Source of the DNA: Hydrolagus affinis | Lineage: Eukaryota | Direction of reading: 5' to 3' | Assembly: GCA_012026655.1 (NCBI GenBank) | Contig: JAAILG010000043.1 | Coordinates: 124,001 to 183,055, forward strand | DNA length: 59,055 bases | Part shown: positions 52,563-59,055 of the stretch, piece by piece | Numbering within the stretch: the first letter of the stretch is position 1 | How the letters are laid out: every line of letters begins with the position of its first letter | Made by a program: the position numbers and the translations under genes | The notes under the pieces: model-generated | Databases searched by the model: none | The model's input: only the letters and a program-made list of their open reading frames with translations | Told to the model about the DNA's origin: nothing

Positions 52563-55190
52563 CTAATCAAGTACAGAGGGATTTAAAAAGTTTTTACATG
52601 TTGATTTGCATTGAAAAACTGAACTGGAACTGAACTAGTTAAAAACACAAATTCATTAACAAAAAAAGATTAATAAATCACATCCCAGTTTTAGAATGTT
52701 TAACAATTGTCAAATTGTTTAGATTTAGCCCCCAAAACAATGAGGCAAAATGAATGTGGAACATCTTCTATACTATAAAAACATAGTTGATCAAAACTAG
52801 CCTGCAAGACAGCATCTGTACATGTTACGCTGCCGACCGTCGCCTGGGGAACAATTTAGGGAAGATTTTGACACCTTTGCCAAGGTGGATGTATTAATTA
52901 TTCCTTCTGAAAATAGCCCAATACTACAAATTTAAAACTGTACAGTTTTAACACACAAAAAAGGGAACAATGGCTACATGAACGATTCATAAAAATCACA
53001 ATCACATCCAGATCAGGTGTACAGCTTTTGTCAGAATGATCTGTTCAGAGTAAAGATTTTGTTTAGAAAAAATACTTGGTTCCCTTAAAATCCTTGCCAG
53101 TCTCAAATAAGGTGCATCAATCCATGAAACAGTGACTTCATTTTAAAATGTGAGAAGCTGCCATGCCCAAGGTTTGTTCTCGCCACCTAATCTGTAAACT
53201 TGAAATGACAAGAAAGTGACATGATTTGCATGGGGAATGATAGAAGAGTGTGATAAACAAGAGAAGCCTACAAAAACAAACAAAAAAGTACAGCAAGTGA
53301 TTTCTACTGCATGGTTAAAACCAGGGAGTGTTCTGTTCTCTACATTAATCAGATTCTTCCAAAATAAAACAGAAAAGGTTCTGTATACAAAATGCAGCGT
53401 AATTTACACAACCCTGAAGGTCAGCTTTTAGGAAGGAAAGATAGTATTGTTAGGGTTGGCTGGCATTGAATCCTAGAACAAATGGCTCTAAAGTTTGGCA
53501 TTCCCTATTATCTTAGCTAAAAAGCTAAGCAACAGCTTGAGATTTCCTAGGTACAGTACAATAAAAGAGAACCTCCTACCATTATGTACCACGAAAATCT
53601 AAAGAGCCATGCAAAGTACTTGCAGGAACTTTAAAAAAAAGAGAGAAAAGGGGCAAGAGGGAAAACAATGAGGATAATGCTTTAATATGTGAAGAAGCAT
53701 TTGATCTATGTAGAAGATCTATGCAAATTACAGTTTGTGTAAGACTTTCTCATTTATGATTGAAGCATTTTATTTCTGGTCATGAACTACAGGGATTTCT
53801 GGTCAGGCACATATTACTGAAAGACAGACACTCAAAGTCAATAACCGCTGCTTAAAACTGTAGTAAGGAACTTTTCACTGCAAATGAAAATGATAAGCAT
53901 ATACAATCAGAGGGGAAGGAACACAACTTCCTTTACTCTTAAAGATCAATAGTATTATAAAGAAATACTAAAATTCTTAATAAATTATCCAGTAACTGCC
54001 TTTCTTTTGGTTGTAGCTCTATTTTTAAAAAAGCCTAAGAAAAATGAATGATAGATTAGATGCAGATTTTCAAATCTGCTTTCATCTCAACGATATACGT
54101 TTTCTTAAGCAAACTCAAGGATTACGAAATGAGAGACAGTGTCCCAGAGAAATTTAAGATAGATAGGGATAAACTGCTGAAGTTAAATTACATTTGAATA
54201 ACATATTCTGTTGATCTTTTTGGTCCATATGTAAGGGAGAGAGAAAAAAAAACTTAAAGCAGTGAATGAAATTACAAATAAAATGTCTTTTCAGTTTCAT
54301 GTGCCTTCCTTAGGTCAGAATAACCATTTATTAGTTTAAAAAAATGCAAATAGCAAAATTGCTTAAAACACTGCACATATATAGGGAAAGAATGCCATAA
54401 CCAGAAATTAACCAGTTTTAGTTGGAAGTTGGCACGAGAGTAGAGATTGCACATCACTAGGAGTTTAAACCTATGAGGGGAGTTGAGAAAGAAAAAAAAA
54501 TTACAAAATGTGCATAAAATAACAAGTGGTGAATAAGCAACTGTTCATGGACAATACTTTGAAGCAAGGATTAAAAATAAATTATGAAACTGACCAAAGG
54601 AAAGACAAATTAACAGACAAGACAATTTAATATTGGTTCATTCTCTCAACAGAACCCAAAACCTATTGAGTGTTAATGGAATGAAAACAGTATAAAAATT
54701 CAGTGTGGGGTGCTCCAGCTAGTTTCAAATAGGTACATTTCTTTTGCATGAAAAACTTATCAGTCGAATATTTATTCACATTATAAGTTAGATTTAACAA
54801 CTCCAGGGGAGCTGAAGAGGCAGGTGCACATTTATGGTCCTGTTCGTCAAGTTTCTCAACAGTGACCCATAGGGTCTGGTCCTCTAGCTCGAGTATCAGG
54901 AGTCAAATCAGACATGTTCTGCTTGATGCATTGGCTTCTCCATCCAACCTTCCTCGTACACCAAAGTGCAGGAAATACACAGTCAGTGCAGCCAGCAAAA
55001 TCATCAACGTAAATACTGGTCACATTATTTGTTCAAAGCAAAAATGTTCTCCCCCCCCTCCACCCATATCTGTAAAACAATCATTTATTTACAAAATCTA
55101 TCCTCCTGTAGTTTTAAATCAACTGCCACATTATATAAAAAAAAGTTAAAATAAATTAAAGTAGAAAGTGTTTTCCAGCCTAGCTGGATA

Positions 55191-56780
55191 TTAGGCTGTC
55201 CTGTCTGAACTCTTATTGCTGCTGTTACCAAGATTGGATTTATTCTTTTCAAGCCACAGGTCAGCCAGCTGCTGTGTGGAACCATAGGTTGAAGCTTTGG
55301 AGCCCAAGCACATTTTGTACTGTTTTGCTTCAAGGTTAGGATCACAGTAGACAGGATGATGGACGTGTATTACTCCGATTTCTTGACTCCTGAATGGCTT
55401 TAGACCAGCTTGAATCACTTTGTTGAAAAGGTCCACATCCTCCATTCCCCAACCCTGGATAGAGATATCAAACCCACCTGCACGCAACAGATCACTTTTA
55501 TAAACACAAGTGATCCCAAATCCATAGTTCCTCCAAAATCCTGTCTTTATAGTGAAGGCATAATTGTTGTCATTGGGAACATTCCCGGCATATACAATCT
55601 TTGGGTCATATTGGCTAAAGATAATTGGAAAGTACACTTGTTCTCCTTGGACTGTGTTGTCCCTGCAGCGCTGCAGAAATTCAGCTGTAAAAATCAAATC
55701 TACATCACAAAAGAAAAGTAGTGAATCATTGCTGAATTGGGAGGATCCAACTTCTAGAGCAAGCGCCCTTGAAAACTCTCCAGACACTGGTAGAATCTGC
55801 AGGTCGGCTTTGGGAAATTTGATGCGATAATCTCGCATCAGTTCCACTTGCTTTGTTTTGTCTGGATTCGAATCAGAATTGAAGAGCAAAATGACCAGCT
55901 TGACGTTTTGATTCGAAACAAGGCAGGTCCTTTCAAAGTTCCCCATGAATCGTGCAAACATTTCAAAACGCCCAGACAGCGGAACCAAAATGTTGATTTT
56001 CTTGTCTTTGGGGTCCTTGCGCTCCAGATTAGCATTTGCAAATTGGAAAGGAACAAATATCTTGAGGGGGTTGGAAAGGAAGGATAAAGACCCAGAGTTA
56101 CTATTAATCTTGTTGGCCAAATCTTTGGCATCGATCTCTTCACGCTCAGCAAATTGGATCTTGCTGAAGGTTTGCTGTAAGTATGCGTGTCTCCTCACAG
56201 GAACAGTCATTTTCTTGCCTTTATGTTTTTTGTAGAGAAGCAGAAGATCAAGAACATATTCGGCACCATACATAGGATTGACTCTTCGGTAACCGTACTG
56301 AATTTCCTTGAAGTCAATGACACGTCCCCTGCTCTTGGCATTAGCATTAATCATCTCCATTACCTGCATGATAATGTCATCTAAAGCTTCTCTCTGGGAA
56401 GAGTCCATTCCTCTCCGTGGAGGCTGACCATCAAATGCTGAATAGAGATATTTTCCAGTCAAAAACTCCCACTCGAGTACCTCTTCTCTCTGGCGCGGCT
56501 GAAACCGCATGAAAGAGGGAGGGATTCCTAATTGCATATCATCTTTGTGAACCTCGGAGTTGCTGTACCTGCTCATCAGAACAATCTCTCGGTGAAGTTG
56601 AACAGTACGGTGACGGAGCTCTGCTATCTTGCGGCTCAACATGTAGCTGTGTAATCGATATTGATACGCTGGATTCTTATTGGGGTGCAGAGTGATTGCC
56701 CGGTGGATTTTGCTGTTGTGCAGATCTTTGATGTAGCCTTTTTTATTCTGTTCATAGTTTTCATAAAACAGCTGCTGCAT
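55191..56780 (-). CDS. CHSY1: Chondroitin sulfate synthase 1, last coding exon (529 aa)
   Basis: cccttgcag| acceptor, then MQQLFYENYEQNKKGYI...; DXD motif FFCDVD and GWGMEDVD glycosyltransferase motif; ends ...SSDRTA*; synteny with LRRK1. Confidence 0.96.
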   Translation of the reverse strand: MQQLFYENYEQNKKGYIKDLHNSKIHRAITLHPNKNPAYQYRLHSYMLSRKIAELRHRTVQLHREIVLMSRYSNSEVHKDDMQLGIPPSFMRFQPRQREEVLEWEFLTGKYLYSAFDGQPPRRGMDSSQREALDDIIMQVMEMINANAKSRGRVIDFKEIQYGYRRVNPMYGAEYVLDLLLLYKKHKGKKMTVPVRRHAYLQQTFSKIQFAEREEIDAKDLANKINSNSGSLSFLSNPLKIFVPFQFANANLERKDPKDKKINILVPLSGRFEMFARFMGNFERTCLVSNQNVKLVILLFNSDSNPDKTKQVELMRDYRIKFPKADLQILPVSGEFSRALALEVGSSQFSNDSLLFFCDVDLIFTAEFLQRCRDNTVQGEQVYFPIIFSQYDPKIVYAGNVPNDNNYAFTIKTGFWRNYGFGITCVYKSDLLRAGGFDISIQGWGMEDVDLFNKVIQAGLKPFRSQEIGVIHVHHPVYCDPNLEAKQYKMCLGSKASTYGSTQQLADLWLEKNKSNLGNSSNKSSDRTA

Positions 56781-56859
56781 CTGCAAGGGAAAAACAGAAA
56801 GGAAAATACATGATATCGTAATAAATGGCAAGCATTAACTCTTGCTAAAATAAGTTGAA

Positions 56860-57150
56860 GAATAATAATAATAGGATTTGATATAGCATCTTAGCACATC
56901 ATCAAGAGTCTAAAAGCACTTCATTGATATCCTGTAAAGTGAAGTGACCTGTGTATTTTATGGATCATGGGTTTTATGGATCTCAGGATCTTTAACATCC
57001 ACCTGAACAGGCAGACGGGACCTTGGTTTAACGTCTCATTTGAAGGATAACCTCTGATAATGCAACACACCCCTTGGGTGACCACTGCAAAGGAGCTTCA
57101 GCTTAGACTATGCGAATGCAATTCCTGATGTCTGGCTTGAAAACACAACT
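56860..57150 (-). mobile_element. Deu-domain SINE with internal deletion, in the CHSY1 intron
   Basis: ggatctttaacatccacctgaacaggcagacgggaccttggtttaacgtctca. Confidence 0.7.
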
Positions 57151-58359
57151 AATTAAAAGCACAGATGTACTCCAAATCTGCTGCAATAAACTTAGTTGTA
57201 AACAAAATCATTCGCCTGAGACCACTTGAGTACATGAAATAGTTAAATGCTATGTTGCAAGATGAGTCAATTCTTAATGGTCACAGCTGGTATCTCAATA
57301 CTACTTCACATTTAGTTCCTAATTAAGAGCTGCCAGCTTACCATAAACATCAATCTTTACTTTTTACAATGTAAGAGAAAACATGATCAAGCTTAAAATA
57401 AAGCTGTAGTCTAAAGCTAGCTAGGTACTATGGCAATAGCAAGTTGCAATGGTCTAAACATAATTTATCATCTCATTGGTACAGGTTTTTTTTAAACCCT
57501 GAAGATTTGGCTTATGAAGAAAATGGACAAAGAGCCTTTTGATAGCCTACAGATCGTTGGCTGAACATTTCTGATTATATTCTGTTCTAGGAACAGATTT
57601 GCAGTGTGAAGGGATCCGTAAGGCCAAAAGTGAGGAAGAGCAAGTCTTTGTTGAAAAATGTTTTCTTAAGGAGCTTTTAAACGTTGAAACCCGAATGTTG
57701 CCCTTGTCCTTGCAACCCCCTAGCAGCTGTACTACAGATGGACATTTAGTCTTGAAACGTCGAGAGACTAAATGTTCAACTGTGGGACAGCTGCTTGGGG
57801 TTGCATTGGCTGCAGTTCAAAATGGGGCTGAAAGGCAATGTGTTGTGTTCTTCACCTTAATGAAATGAATATTTGTAAGCCAAGAATATATCTGAACAAA
57901 AATCCTGGTTTCATCCAATTAAACAAAAATACAGCTAATTTAAACAGGAGCTGAGTTTTGGCTGCAATAATGTCCCCGCCGCACCACTGAACAATTCCAA
58001 TGCTTACTACACTGCAACTAGTGGGAAGTTAATGAAATGCATTTTAGATTTGCTTTATTTTCTTTTGAAATTCAGCAGTACAAATGTTTAAAAATCGCAC
58101 AGCTCGGTAAAATGAAATAACAGATGTTGTCAGCAATACAAAAAAGCATCAGAAAAATAAATGATAGCTGTAGCTTTCAATCCTGAAAGGTACAGAATGT
58201 TTCTCTAGCACAGCCCTACCAGAAGTTAACTTGAATGAATGGGAGTTTGTCTTCATTTAGGTCATGTTTTTCATGCACATGTAGGTTAATTATGCCAAGA
58301 TATCAGCTAGTGGAGTGCCAAATATAGGCTGAAATATGTACAGAGCAAAGGTCAGACCA

Positions 58360-58730
58360 TTCGCATCAGGACATCTCAAAGCACTTCAACGCACAGCAAT
58401 ATCCCACAAACAGACGTGAAATTAAATGTTCAATCGCACTCCCCCACCCAGGATTCTTGGCCACAAAATCAGGAGAAACTTCATTTTCTTTTCAAATTGT
58501 ACCACAAGATATTTAACATTCACCTGAACAGGCAAAAAGAACTTTGATTTAAAATCTCATCCAAAGGATGGCAACTCTCACAATCTAACATGCATTTTGT
58601 TTTAGTGTTTTCTTCAAAAAAAAAGTATACCCACAGCAGTACAATAAAGCGTCAGCCTGGTCTACAAGAGTTCAAAGTCCAACCTGGGACTTGCACCCAT
58701 AACCTTGTGGCTGAGCCAGACTGACACCAT
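58360..58730 (-). mobile_element. Deu-domain SINE in the CHSY1 intron
   Basis: cagcaatatcccacaaacag...cacctgaacagg...tctcatccaaaggatggca...acccataacctt. Confidence 0.7.
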
Positions 58731-59055
58731 TTTCTTTAGATTAAGAGCCAAGAGAGCTGCCTCACCTGCTCCTCACTCCAGCAGCAGGTAACAAGGCAAT
58801 TTCATTGCAAAACAAAACAAGAATTTTGCGGCACTCTTGACTCAGGCACAAGCACAGTTGCTAACGGTCAGGGTGGCTTTGTCGAAGGAGAAAAAGCAAA
58901 ACACTGAATTCCTTAGTGGTTTATAAAACAAACTACTGATTACAGCCATAAAAAGTTCCAGGCAACAGTAATGTTCCAGAATTTTACGTTATGCAAATCA
59001 CTCTGACATTATACTTGCCTACAGCGTAAGCTACATAGTTCTCAAGTATCAATTA

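Noticed and set aside
55410-56384. Overlapping ORFs within the CHSY1 exon
   Set aside because: Antisense or alternative-frame shadows of a real coding exon.
1-59055. CRISPR arrays, operons or other prokaryotic systems
   Set aside because: The sequence is intron-containing vertebrate DNA, and I saw no regularly spaced repeat-spacer array.

Overview
Vertebrate genomic DNA. The repeat content (Deu-domain and tRNA-derived SINEs, L2 and CR1 LINE remnants) and compact introns suggest a cartilaginous fish, possibly a chimaera; this is an inference. The + strand carries the 3' part of LRRK1: 18 GT-AG exons from 205 to 19323 that splice by hand into one 3792-nt frame (1263 aa plus stop) covering the ROC end, COR, kinase and WD40 regions. 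The - strand carries the last coding exon of CHSY1 (55191-56780) and a repeat-free 3' UTR of about 2.6 kb. The genes converge tail-to-tail, as at human 15q26.3. The ~33 kb between them holds many SINE, LINE and MITE relics. I found no demonstrable new biological system. The most unusual observations are a fold-back structure at 49.5-51.3 kb with an apparent templated inverted insertion, a SINE/L2 shared 3' stem-loop with a compensatory change, inverted SINE tails around an in-frame-skippable LRRK1 exon, a CpG/YY1 patch over the LRRK1 autoinhibitory-loop exon, and weak hints of unannotated minus-strand exons.
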